This document shows, piece after piece, positions 41,801 through 54,949 of a stretch of 64,000 nt of DNA. The DNA comes from Eledone cirrhosa (Eukaryota), in assembly GCA_964016885.1 (NCBI GenBank), contig OZ024742.1, positions 257,548,001 through 257,612,000 of the forward strand, read 5' to 3'. The position numbers and the translations under genes were made by a program. The notes beneath the pieces were generated by a model. The model was not told the origin of the DNA, made no database searches, and saw nothing but the letters and a program-made list of their open reading frames with translations. Within the stretch, counting starts at the first letter, position 1. Each line of letters begins with the position of its first letter.

Positions 41801-42225
41801 CAGTCGCACACTAACACTAAAGAGCGGGACGTTCGAAGAAAGGTCTCCAGACGCCGGAAGAAATCAGGCCGCCCTGCTCCTGTCAGGGCATAGACGGCCA
41901 CTAACCAGAAAGCTTGCCCGTCTCCGCTGGTCACGTCCAGCACCACCAACTTACCTTCTGGGTCCAGGAAGATGGCCCGTATGGCAAGATCCAAACCTCT
42001 CCGAAAAAGCACAGCAACTCCTCCCCCCGATCCCGGACGGCTGGGAGATGCGTACACATTGTAGCCGCCGAAGATCGGTGCGAAAGCCTGTGCTTCGGAG
42101 ATTCTGGTCTCGCTGATGGCCACTACATCTATGTTTAGTGACCTGAGGTCGTTGAGCAGGTGGCCCTGCTTCCATGACGACCCCAAGCCACGCGCATTTA
42201 TGCTGCCTATTCTGAGTGAGGTCAT
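38805..42225 (-). CDS. Tx1-like ORF2 (APE endonuclease, RT, CCHC), single +1 frameshift at 40212-40217
   Basis: SINARGL, ISET, SYLDRV, YTDH, YWKLN, KSPGLDG, FRPITLLN, VRQGCPLS, YADD, KLLGV, SLKGR, CPRC..ETVLHALVQC. Confidence 0.92.
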
Positions 42226-42259
42226 GTTGAAAAGGAGTGGAAAAGATGGGAAAGACCAC

Positions 42260-44247
42260 TTACCTTACTTCTCGTAAGGGAAGGACGGTTGTTCCATCCT
42301 TTTCACTGCTTGTGGCCTCCTCAGGAAGGTTGTCCTTATAAATCCTCCTGGAGAGTGCTTGTCGGAAGTCTCCGATGTCTTTGGGGAATTTTTGTTTTAG
42401 TGTCATGTACGTTTTCTGTGTGATGCGAGTGATTTGTATGTGTGGAGGTGGTGTGAATTTTGGGGTTGTTGTGTAGTCTTTTTCTGTGATGCTGGTGTTG
42501 TGTTGGATGTAGTGTAATAATTGCTTGTTGTTCAAATTTAATGCTGTGTAGTGTGTATCGTTTTGGTTGTTTTGTTTTGTTTGCGTTTGTTGTGGGTTTG
42601 TTTCTGTTTCGCATTTTGGTGACTTTTGTGGTGTAGGTGATGGTGGTGCTGGGGTTAATGATGGTGATGGTGTTGGTGTTTGGGTTGATGGGGTTGGTGA
42701 TGCTGGTGTGGATGGTGGCATATCTGTCCTAACTTTTTTGTTTCTTAGTTTATTTGTTTCCCTCTGTATTTTGTTTTTGGAGGGGAAGGAAGAGAATTTT
42801 TTCTTTTTTGATTTCTTTTTTTTTCCGGATATCGTTTCCCACTCCTCGTCGTCACAATCTGTCTCCAGTTGTGATAGGTCGGGGAGTGGAAAATCCTCCA
42901 CAGCCGTTAGTTTTGGTTGTGGTGTGGTGGATGGTGTAGGCGCTGGTGCTAGTTCTGAAGCGTTGGGTGGTGGTGGTGTTGGTTTTACTGGTGGTGGTAG
43001 TGGTGTTGGTTTTGCTACTGTTGCTGGGGTTGTTGCTGTTATAGTTGCTTCTGTTGTTGCTGCTACAGTTGTTGCTGCCATCTCTGCTACTGGTGGTGTT
43101 GATGGTTGTGTCACTGGGGTGGGTAGGAGAGGTGGCCTCAACCTTTTAGCCTGTGGGCAGAAAGCCCTTAGGTGGGTTCCTTCACCACAAACGACACTCC
43201 TAGGTCTTCTGCCCTCGACAATTACCGTAAGGTGGCTGCCGTCACTGAGGTCTATTACCTCTGGGATCTCCTCAATGCTTTTTTGGTCCGCTTGGATCAG
43301 GAGCTCCATCCAAGATCCGGACCAGTTTTCCTGCTTTTCTTTTGCTATTGCTATTATTTTCGTGTTGGCTTCGATGCCGGCGAGGACAGCCGCTATTAGC
43401 CAGGGAATTTCGATGGCCGGTGGAACGTGGGTCACCCTGATCTTTACGAGTCTCTGGCCACAATAGCTTGGGAAGAGTGTGAAGTCGTCACTTTTTAATG
43501 GGGCCATGGAGTGTTCTCTAGCCTCCTCTGGTGTTTCAAAGAACACATCCACGGTTCCATACTTTTGCCCACGTCTGATGTGGGTTTTTCTTGCCCACAC
43601 ATGTCCCAAAGCTTTTCGGATTTGGGACTCGGATGCCCGTTCCACTCGGCGCGATTTTACATTTATTCTTCTATACGACACGGTGCATAGGCGCCGATGC
43701 TCCATTTTATTAGGTGGGGGGGGGGGTTAGGCTGACCCTGTACCCATCTTTCTTTACCATTTGTTTGGCATTTTCTAAATCTTCCTGAGTTACCGTAAAT
43801 GCTTCGAATTGTTTTGCTACTCTGGCGAAACTGAGGGGGGGGGGTTATAATGTCATTGTTGTTGTTGTTGCTATCGTTAATATTAATTTTAGTTTCAGTT
43901 GTGGTGGTGGTGACGTCAGTCGTCTTTGGTGGGGAAGAGTCCATTTTGCTTGATTTCATTTCGACATCACGAGTTAATTTATTTTTTTCTTCTTTTGTTT
44001 CTGTTGTCGCGGTGGTGGTGGGGGTGGGGGTTGTCGCGGTGGTGGTGGTGGTGGAGGCTTTAACACCTGCAGTTATTGGTAATGGCGGGAAATGAATGTC
44101 TGCCTGAGACAAATTTAAAATATTGCTACTGCTTATATTTTTTTTTGTGTTGGCAAACGTAGTAACATTTACAATGGTGGTGTCGGTGTGAGGTGTTAAT
44201 TTGTGAGGAAGGCTTTCAGCTGTTTGGTGCAGAGGGGAATTAGCCAT
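42260..44247 (-). CDS. Tx1-like ORF1 (degenerate zinc knuckle, Pro/Thr-rich), single frameshift at 43716-43726
   Basis: ORFs 43663..44247 and 42260..43705 join if one base is removed from the 11-nt homopolymer; SVVCGEGTHLRAFC knuckle. Confidence 0.82.
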
Positions 44248-44455
44248 TTTTTTTCAAAGAAATTTGTTGATAATAATAAAAGTTTAAATTTTGGGCACAA
44301 GGCCCCAATCTTTTTGGGTGTCCTTTTCGGAAAACAATGTATGTGCGCTTATAAACAGTTAACAATAAAATTTTCCATAATTGATAATTTTTAACAAACG
44401 GAAATAACAAACCTTTGCGGAGCTCACGATGATACGATTTACTACGTAGGTCGCC

Positions 44456-44499
<44 letters not shown>

Positions 44500-44503
<4 letters not shown>

Positions 44504-44794
44504 TTAACCGATACCAGGACTTAGAGTGGGAGGTAAAAAGGATTTGGAACTGCCATTAAGTCAAAGTGGTCCCGATTGTCATAGGCGCGCACTAGGTACT
44601 ATCTCAAAAACTTTCCAGGAATGGTTAAAGAAAATTGGCCTCTTCACGCTTTTTGGAACGCTTCAAAAGGCAAGATTGCTGTGCACAGCAAGAACCCTCC
44701 GAAACGTCCTGAATATCTGAGGCTGCAGGTAGTGGCTTGATATTCTTTTCAACAAACTTTCCAGTTAACTAACATCAATGACTGCGACTTAAAG

Positions 44795-44837
<43 letters not shown>

Positions 44838-45045
44838 TCTTTATTAACCACAAGGGTTTACATAAAGTAGACATTAAGGACAGTGCAGGACAATACAGGA
44901 CGGTACAAATGGGCATTTCTGCGTTTAAAAAACAAAAACAGAGGATGTAATAAAAAATAACAATGAAAAATTACCCAATAGGGGGGAGACTTCGGTGGGA
45001 CATTTGTGGAGAAAGCCCATTAAAAGGCCACAGTGACCTGACCAT
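44500..45045. mobile_element. R4/Dong 3' fragment (+), (AAT)n, then Tx1 3' end (-)
   Basis: 44500-44795 matches the RLE 3' end; 44834-45043 matches 38560-38766. Confidence 0.85.
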
Positions 45046-45074
45046 AATAATAATAATGATAATAATAATAATAA

Positions 45075-45180
45075 TAATTGTTTCTACTTTAGGCACACAG
45101 GCAGCAATTACCCAGTGCATTACTGGTACTTTATTTTATTGACCCCGTAATGATAAAAGCAAAGTCAACCTCGACGGGAA
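45075..45180 (-). mobile_element. SINE 3' fragment
   Basis: Reverse complement of the 32260-32365 SINE body. Confidence 0.75.
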
Positions 45181-45199
45181 TAATAATAATAATAATAAC

Positions 45200-45233
<34 letters not shown>

Positions 45234-45234
45234 G

Positions 45235-45990
45235 AAAAGAGGAGAGCTTAAAAAGGCTACAGAAGGAATGTTAATGGCTGCGCAGGAGCAAGCCCTCAAA
45301 ACGAAGTGGTTGAAACACAACATTTACAAGGAGGAGGCTAGCCCACTGTGCAGGATCTGTGGAGAGAGAGAGGAGACTGTGGCTCACATTGTATCCGAGT
45401 GTAAACACCTAGACCAGACTCACTATAAGGACTGGAGATATGATGTGATGGGCAGGGTGATCCACTGGCACCTATGCAAAGTAAACAATTTATCACATTC
45501 TGAGAAGTGGTATGAGCATAAGCCAGAGGCGGTGATAGAAAACGATCAGGTGAAGGTGCTGTGGGATGTTAGGATACAGACGGACAGAAACTGGAACACA
45601 ATAGACCTGACCTGGTGGTTTTGGACAAAGAAAAAAGATCGTGCCTGATTGTGGATGTGGCCTGCCCATTCGACACGAGAGTGCAAGAGAAGGAGGGGGA
45701 GAAAATTAACCGATACCAGGACTTAAAGTGGGAGTTAAAAAGGATTTGGAACTGCCATGAAGTCAAAGTGATCCCGATTGTCATAGGCGCACTAGGGACT
45801 ATCTCAAAAAGTTTCCAGGGATGGTTAAAGAAAATTGGCCCCTTCACGCTTTTTGGAACGCTTCAAAAGGCATGCTTGCTGGGAACAGCAATAACCCTCC
45901 GATACATCCTGAATATCTGAGGCTGCAGGTAGTGGCTTGATATTCATTTCAACAAACTTTCCAGTTAACTAACATCAATGAGTGAGAGTC
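45235..45990 (+). pseudogene. R4/Dong-type LINE 3' fragment (CCHC + RLE)
   Basis: AAQEQAL, CRICGEREETVAHIVSEC, VLWD, DVACPFD, EKINRY, VIGALG; one frameshift. Confidence 0.88.
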
Positions 45991-46003
45991 AAAAAATAAT
46001 AAC

Positions 46004-46047
<44 letters not shown>

Positions 46048-46053
46048 TAATAT

Positions 46054-46692
46054 CGAATACCTAAACAGGCATGACAGAGCTGCACAATACATACATTGGA
46101 TAATGTGTAAGCATTTTGACCTGCCCCATCAAAAGAATTGGTGGGAGCATCAACCACCTCCCATACTTGAAAAAGATCACATCTCAATCTTGTGGAACTT
46201 TAGCATCCAAACAGACCGAAAAATAGATGCAAATAGACCTGATATAATATTGAAGGACTTTAAAAAGAGGGTATGCCTGCTAATTGATATGTCTGTTCCA
46301 ATAGACAAGAATGTATCTATAAAAACATTTGAAAAATTGAGCAAGTATAAGGACCTGGAGATAGAAATTGGAAAAACGTGGAAATTGAGAACTAAAACAA
46401 TACCAGTGGTTGTAGACGCTCTAGGAATGATACCTAAGGAGTCTAATGATTACTTATCGCAAATCCCAGGAAACCCGCGTATAGGAGAAATACAAAAGAT
46501 AGTACTAATGGGAACTGCCCATATACTAAGGAAGATTCTGTCAATATAAGTACATCACAAGTCTAAACACTAAAGATGCATGTGTGAGTATGTATGTTCT
46601 TTCTTGAACATGGCGGACCTTGTTGTCTCTTGAGGTCACTGGTTGTGATTTGGTGATAACTCGTATGAACATAAAGCAAGATAAATGCAACT

Positions 46693-46730
<38 letters not shown>
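46054..46730 (+). pseudogene. 5'-truncated copy of the R4/Dong LINE at 47520-51500
   Basis: Highly similar to 50847-51500; RPDII, EKLSKY; (AAT)n on both sides. Confidence 0.9.
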
Positions 46731-46735
<5 letters not shown>

Positions 46736-47519
46736 TATTGTTATAAGGCTCAAATATTCAAATATTCAACTTTGTATTGTACATTGTATATTCAAAAAAG
46801 AAAATGGCTATAAATGGAAGAATAACCCCCCCTCTTCTGTCTACGCTATGTAGAACAGCCAAACAACACCAATCTCACCAACACCAGAAACTAGATACAA
46901 CACCTACCCATCACCTCTCTGTATACACTAAACACAACAGCCAGATAACGGCAATTTCACCACCACCACTCACTACTGCCATCATTACCACCACTATCCC
47001 ATCACCGCCGCCACCACTCCTTCATTGCTACCACCGCTACACCATCACTACAGTAATACGATCACATCACCACCACCACTGCCTCGGTATCGACATCACC
47101 ACCACCACTGTCTCAGTATCGATACCGCCGCTACTGTCTCCCACATCTCCCCGACGCCACCACTTCTTCAATGCTACAACCACTATTCCCCTGTTAACTT
47201 GAGAGAGAAAGGGGAAGGTGGCGGTATCACTAGACAAGGGAGAGGCTAGCAAAAGATATAAATAGATTGACTTAGTGACCTGGCCACGGCCAAACGTCAA
47301 CATCAACAACTATGGGACTGCTGGCTCACCCCTTCCTCACCAACAATATAAAAAGCCCCGGCACCACCACCGACATAGCCAGCAACAATAACAGCCAACT
47401 ACAACAAAAAGTATGTTATATTATTGTAATGCACTGGGTGATTGCTGGCCTTGTGCCTGGAGTGAAGACAGTTATTAATAATGTTATTCTTAAGCCACGC
47501 AATGCTCACATTAAGGAAC

Positions 47520-50500
47520 CACTCATGATAATAACAATTTAAAAAAAACAACAAAAAGAAAACCCCGTGACCAAGAAATACCGGGATGGTGGCCAACGGA
47601 GAATAGCCGTGTCTCTAGGGGAGAACGACCCCTCTAGTCTTGGTTGACACTCGTTCTAGAAGTGGTAACACGAAATGATTACCCCTTGGCGGATAAGGAT
47701 AAAACGCGACAAAATAAAGTAAATGTCTAATGATAAAATCTCATACCGGATCGGCCGTCACCCGGGTAAAAAAGGGCCGCGTCCCTCAGAGAGGAACCAG
47801 ACTGGGGTCGAAAAATCAGCTAATGGTTCAAACCTTCCCATCACTTCGGAGCTGGAGACATCCCATAATCGGAATACTCCTACTGTTGGCCCTCCATGCT
47901 CACCACCAAGAAATCCAAAGAAAAAGAGAGAAAAATGGTCAAGGGAAGATAATAAAGAAGTCCTTGAGGCTTTCTACACTGCCATGTACTACCCATCAAA
48001 TACATCGAATACAGAACAGACATATATCAACTGGAAAAAGAAACATCCCGAAAACAGAGGCTATATTGACAGTAACAAACTAGCCAATATACGAAGAAAT
48101 ATTGTAAGAAAAAAGTTACTAACTGATATAGAAATTGATCAGATCAAGCTATTAGCACAAAGTCAGCGAAGGGAAAATGAAACATGTGTCAGTGAAAACG
48201 AGGTAAACTGTAACACTTCGAATCCCGGGGTTGGAGCGGAATCACTGGCGTCAGAACAAATTAAAGAAAGGATCGAAAAAGTGGAGGGAGTGCATGCTCA
48301 AGATGAAACTCAAAATGAAAATAATGAGATCGTAAATTATAAAGAAATGAATGAGAATGAACTTGCCAACTTGAAGGATGAAATTATGATCTAATGGATG
48401 AAAATGAAAGAATCTGACATGGGGCAACGAGACACCCTCCCTAAGATCCAGAACTCCAAACAGAACCAAAAGTTAATACACAAGACTAACATAATTCTCA
48501 AAAACATTATCATCGCAAACAAACTAAACATTACTGATTTAAATCATCTCTATTATGCATCGGCTAAAGTCACCACTCACTTATGTGGAGTGAAGATGAA
48601 AAAACAAAGGAATTCCCACAAGAAATCTACTTGGCAAGAGAACATCAATCGCCAAATAAACCTTCTCCGATCTGACAAAGATTTTTAACAAACTAAACTT
48701 AGAAAATTGAAAAGAAAGTAAAGTATAACATCAACAAGTGACATAGACATGCTGATAGAAATAATCAAGCAAAAAGTGTCGGCCAAAGCTGCTCGTATAA
48801 GGCGCTTTGAAAAACGATCTAGATTCTATAAGGACAATAATATGTTCAAAAACAACCAAAGAAACTTCTACAGAAAAATTGGTAAGTCAACAATAACTGC
48901 TAAATCAATACCACCCAAGGAGGAAGTGCAAGAATTCTGGGAAAAGATCTGGGCCGAAGAAAAAGTTCATAACATACATGCCCCATGGATAGACAGACAA
49001 ATGAAAGATACAGCTCACCTTGAGGAACAAACATGGGAAAATATTACAGTTGAACAGTTGCGCTTGGCTCTAAGAAAAACCAGCAAATGGAAATCCCCAG
49101 GAAAAGACAAAATACAAAACTTTTGGATAAATGCCTTCACAGAGTCTCATGAGCTGTTAGCCCAACTTTACAATGAAATAGTTAATGAGCCAGAAAAGAT
49201 ACCTTCATGGCTAGTTAACGGCATTACATTCCTGCTTCCGAAGAATGATGAGACAAACAATCCCAAAAATTACAGACCGATAACTTGCTTGACTACAATG
49301 TATAAAATGTTAACATCAGTCCTAACTGAATACACATATGACCACCTGATGACAAATGACCTATTTCCTATTGAGCAGAAAGGGTGTAAACGAGGATCAT
49401 ATGGCTGTAAGGATCAGCTTTTGGTTAACAAAATGATACTGGAAGATTGTCATAATAGACACAAAAATCTATCAATTGCTTGGATAGATTATAAAAATGC
49501 ATTCGATAGTTTGCCACACAGTTGGATGGAAAAATGTTTAGAGATTTTCAAAATATCCGCCGTTGTCAGGAGGTTTTTGTCATTCAGTATGAAGACATGG
49601 AATACGACACTCCTTTTGAATACTGAAACAAAATCACTGGAAGCTGGAGAAGTTAATATTAATTGTGGAATTTTTCAGGGTGACTCTTTATCACCGCTTT
49701 TATTCTGCATCGCACTTATACCATTAAGTAAAATGCTCAATGAAACAAAACATGGATATAGAGTCTATGACAAAACCATTAATCACTTGTTCTACATGGA
49801 TGACCTGAAACTATTTGCAAAAAATGATGAACAATTGCAAGGGCTATTATCCACTGTGGACAGTTAAGTGATGACATTAACATGGAGTTTGGACTAGATA
49901 AATGCACCAAAGCAACGTTCACCAGAGGAAAGCTGCTGAAGTGTTCAGACATTAATCTTGATCGGGGGAACGTGATAAGAGAACTTGATCAAGAAAAAAC
50001 TTACAAATATCTAGGTGTTTGTGATGGAGGCGGAATCAAGCACTCGACAATGAGGGAAAGGATAAGGAAGGAATGTTACCGCAGAGTAAGAGCAATCTTA
50101 AGAACGGAATTGAATGCAAGGAATAGGATCGATGCCATAAACACGCTTGCCATACCAGTAGTAACCTACAGTTACAATGTCATCAACTGGTCAAGCACAG
50201 AGATCCGTAGGCTCGATACAAAAATTCGAAAATTCTTAACCATGCACAGAATACATCACCCTAAGGCAGATATAGATAGAATATATCTCCCTAGGAAAGA
50301 AGGAGGACGTGGGTTATTCCAGTTAGACATTGCGTTGAAAACTGCAACAATTGGATTATCTACATATCTAAGGGAATCACATGATTGGAAGATCAAACTC
50401 GTTTTGAAACACGAAAGCATCAAAAGATCATATTCCATTACAAATGATGTACAAATATACAGTAATGAACTACAAATTTCAGAAGTCCCATTTACTGCTG

Positions 50501-51500
50501 AAATGGAAAACACAGAAAAAGCAAAGCAGGTAAAAGTAACTGCAAAGAAAGAACTGCTACAGAAACTGGCTAAGAAATGGCAAGAAAAGCCTCTGTATGG
50601 AAAATACCCAGAACGAGCTAACAATCCTGATGTTGACAAAACTTCAACCCATCAGTGGTTGGCATCCTCTGGACTGAAATCGGAGACTGAAGGACTGATT
50701 ATATCAGCATAAGATCAGTGTCTGCCAACAAAAAATTACCAAACCAACATAATAAAAAATGGATGCAGCCCATTATGCCGTGTGTGCAAAAAACAACCAG
50801 AGACCATTGACCATATAATTTCAATGTGCAGTCCTGTAGCTCCAACCGAATACCTAAACAGGCATGACAGAGCTTCACAATACATACATTGGATAATGTG
50901 TAAGTATTTTGACCTGCCCCATCAAAAGAATTGGTGGGAGCATCAACCACCTCCCATACTTGAAAAAGATCACATCTCAATCTTGTGGAACTTTAGCATC
51001 CAAACAGACCGAAAAATAGATGCAAATAAACCTGATATAATATTGAAGGACTTTAAAAGAGGGTATACCTGCTAATTGATATGTCCGTTCCAATAGATAA
51101 GAATGTATCTATAAAAAGATTTGAAAAATTGAGCAAGTATAAGGACCTGGAGATAGAAATTGGAAAAATGTGGAAATTGAGAACTAAAACAATACCAGTG
51201 GTTGTGGGCGCTCTGGGAATGATAACTAAGGGGTCTAATGATTACTTATCGCAAAACCCAGGAAACCCGCGTATAGGAGAAATACAAAAGATAGTACTAA
51301 TGGGAACTACCCATATATTAAGGAAGATTCTGTCAATATAAGTACATCACAAGTCTAAACACTAAAGATGCATGTGTGAGTATGTATGTTCTTTCTTGAA
51401 CATGGCGGACCTTGTTGTCTCTTGAGGTCACTGGTTGTGACTTGGTGATAACTCGTATGAACATAAAGCAAGATAAATGCAACTGTAATAATAATAATAA
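47520..51500 (+). mobile_element. Apparently full-length R4/Dong-clade RLE non-LTR retrotransposon, disrupted
   Basis: Single long ORF in pieces from 47723 to 51341; (AAT)n tail at 51486-51500. Confidence 0.9.
47723..51341 (+). pseudogene. R4/Dong-type ORF: RT + CCHC + restriction-like endonuclease
   Basis: WKSPGKD, NYRPITCL, WIDYKNAFDS, GIFQGDSLSPLLF, HLFYMDDLKL, MEFGLDKC, YKYLG, C..ETIDHIISMC, RHD, KPDII, EKLSKY; stops or frameshifts near 48394, 48688, 49867, 50712 and 51065. Confidence 0.92.
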
Positions 51501-54500
51501 TTACAATGAAACTTAGGTATGCATATACCACAAAACAATTATTCAGAGGAATGAAGATTGAAGTCATAAATAGATCTCCAACATATATGAATAATGTACC
51601 TAGAGCAATGATTTTACATTTTTTTTCAGTTATTTTTATATGTTGCTGCTTGTAAGTCAGTATTTTGATTGATGTTCCTTAAATGAACGCCTCTTTTTTC
51701 TATTTTAGGAACAATGTTTGCATTATGTCAGTATAGATTTATAGAACTTTATTGAATTTAACGTGGATTTAGATGAAGACTGAAATCAGCGAAGTTAATC
51801 ATGAAGAGCAAGTTATTTTTTTCATTACAAATTTTAAAATCGGCATTTTGTAACACATGCATTGTTTTATTTGACAAGCCGTCGGTGGTCATGAACTAGA
51901 GAAGGCACTATGGTTTCTTATATGAATTGATTATTACCCCCATTTATTTTCATTTTAGCCTAAATATACGTATTCTCGGATCTCGAATCATCGTTCCCCG
52001 GCTCACAAATTATAAGTTTTTCAGATTATTTGCCAACCCCTCCACTCTCTAATTAAAATGTGTAGATCTGTCTAAGGAGAAATTATATTGTAAGTGGTAG
52101 TATTTCCGCGTCAATTAAAACATTACATATGACATAAAAAGCCCATTACTATAAAATAAATAGGATGATTTGGATATCAATATGTGAACTAAAGGTCTAA
52201 TTATGCTTTTTAAAACTTCAATGAGATAACTTAGAAAAATACTGATTTTCCAACGACCCAGCATATTCCAACTCTCCCGTTCATTCCCTTTACACCCGCT
52301 CATTCCAGCACTCCCACTTTTATTTGGCATCCGACAGTATGTGTTCAGATCAATCGGAAGTCAAATCCCAAGATTGAATAGTACAAAATATATATCTATA
52401 TATCACACATGTGTTGGCTTAGTTCGCATCCTTAGTGTTTGCATCTCCTTGTAAATTTATTAGGAGTCTTAATTATAGGGTCCCCATCCTATAATATATT
52501 TCTTGTTTTGTTGTTATATTCCCCATATGGCCTTCTTCGAGATTGCGTCTCATATAAGCTTTAACAATTTTTAAAAATGAAATATACCCAAGACCTTTCG
52601 TGTTGCTTTTGTTACAGCTCAAACCTATGTAGGTCTAAGTGGCATCTCAGGAAAGCTTTTTTGAGTGGTTTAATAATAGAGCCCTCTATCCCATCATGAA
52701 TAGCCACGTGAAATGCAGAATTTTCCTGAAGACTGCAAGGTGGGGTTAATAACTCGAACCCACAACGTTATGACTGTCAATTCAATACCCTACACACTGA
52801 GACACGATCCATGCGACTGTTACAACAGATGTGGTAATGTGAATCAAAGTGTTAGGTATATCTCACAATTAATACAGTTACCATAAAAACCTAAAGCTGA
52901 ATCGCTACAATCCCTGGACTGAAACGGTGTAATATGTCATGTCATGGATACTTAACCACTTATTGTGTGTTAGGTGGCGCTTTGGTGATACATGGGCTCT
53001 TTTGGACATCTAAACCTGGGTTAGTTCATCACTCATCAGGCCTGAACATAGCAGATTATTTCGAGAGAGAGTGAGAAAGAGATATAGACGAAGACGTGCC
53101 AGTACTGCACTAGTAATTTATCAATCTTTAATGGATGGAAGGAAAAGTTGAACACGGTAATATTTGATCCCAAAATGCAGAGCTCCGCATCCTAACATTT
53201 CGGCCTGTTCACCTTTCTAATTAGTTTGTATTTCCTGTAAATTGTGGAATCATAATTTTGTCTGATACTCATGATTTCGTAGGGGAAAGGGTGGAGGATA
53301 GGAAGTGTCATTAGGACACCGGCCGAAATGTTTATCTTTTTTGTTTTTTTTCCGTACATAATTACAGTAATTTATGTTCCGAGTTCAAATCCCTCCAAGG
53401 TTAAATTTACCTATCATTCTTCTAGAATCAATAACATAATTTTACTGTCAAGTACTAGGTTAGATTTAATCGGGCTTCTCTTCCTACGAAAGTGCCGGTA
53501 CTGTGTCTAAATTAGAAAACGTTATTTATTTTAGGCAAAAGAATATTGATTTGAGAATCCTGCTTTAAATTTTCGGGAAATATATTGATATTAATTATTT
53601 GTCAAATGATATAGCTTTATGTTGGGGAAATAATGCAGATAATGAGTAATGTGCTAAATATTAATTACCAACAAAATGATAAAATATAATAGCTATGTCA
53701 AAATGTAGTAATGTATTGTAATTGATTGATTGTCGACATATGTCTTAATTTATTCCTCTATAGCCTTCAACAGGGATATAATGTTTGTTTTCCATCTTTA
53801 AACTCTTTGTCAGTAAATAGGCAATATCATTTTTATATTCACTAATATATTTGGAAGAGTAGTCCTTGAAACAGCATTGGGTCTCACAAAACACACGGAA
53901 TACATTATGGTAGGCTCAACAACACCTGATGAGAAATCTGGACCAAAATCAAGTTCTATAGACACACACTCACACTGTCTCACTCAGACACGCACGCGCA
54001 AACTCACACACGCGCTCCCTTCCTCTCACAGACTAATTTCCTCCTTAGTTCTCCTTCTCACACTCATACAATCCACTTACTCCCTATCACGCATACACTC
54101 AGACGCGCACTCGCACACACATATCCATTTTTCTCACTATTCAAGGGTATGTTACCTGATTTATTTTGATATGATTTATAGCTATTTGCATTGAGAGGAT
54201 TTCCCAAATTTTTTGTTGGAATTAATATCAAGGATGTACTCTAATATCCAACAGAAATAATATAAACAGTGTGCTTGAAATAAGAAAATACTGTAGAATT
54301 CCATTGAAAACTCAAGAAATTGTACACTGAACTAATGTTATTTTCCGGAAAACGGCTAGCATAATTAATATATCAAGAGAAAATAATTTTTTAGTATTAG
54401 AATTTGTTGTACCTCCAACAGAAACGTGTACCATAATGCATTTCTTTGGGTGATTCAGTGTGAAACATTAGTTGACACGGCAGTTTCTTGAATCACAGAT

Positions 54501-54949
54501 ACTAATTATTTTCACCAATTGGCTGTATACTCTAAAGCATTGTGTAATAACATTTCTTGCCGAAGCGCACAGCTTCTTCACACTAGATTGGTGAAGTTAA
54601 GGAGTTCTTTCCGCAACCACGTGGCTCTTGGTTTAGTGCTGGTGCATATATTCTAGTGTAACTTCGATTTGGACGTTATATGCATGAGAAGGTGTGTGGG
54701 TTCGAAGTGATATATGTGTGCTTGTGTGCGTGTTCTGTTATCGCGGTAAAAAGGCGACAAAGCAGTTGTCACAGCCCCGTAGCTTAGTGGTTAAACCATC
54801 TAGGTGGTATCCGGGTAATATGTGATACAATATCTGATAGTGGCCGATGGCAACCTATTTTTCAGTCTTTTAAAACTTTTTAACCTATTTTATAAGCTAT
54901 ATTGTAGCATCTGACAGATACCAAGTTGATAAATGTTGGTCAGAATTGC

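Larger units (their letters stand above)
38560..44455 (-). mobile_element. Near-intact full-length L1/Tx1-clade non-LTR retrotransposon between (AAT)n tracts
   Basis: ORF1 + APE-RT-zinc finger ORF2; (AAT)n at 38515-38560 and 44456-44498. Confidence 0.93.

Noticed and set aside
42567-43466. 299-aa Gly/Val-rich ORF on +
   Set aside because: Antisense shadow of the Pro/Thr-rich Tx1 ORF1
46777-47309. His/Thr/Pro-rich ORFs
   Set aside because: Degenerate (CAC)n low-complexity sequence
51690-51800. Possible host exon after ttttttctattttag
   Set aside because: Acceptor-like motif only; no sustained ORF or recognisable protein
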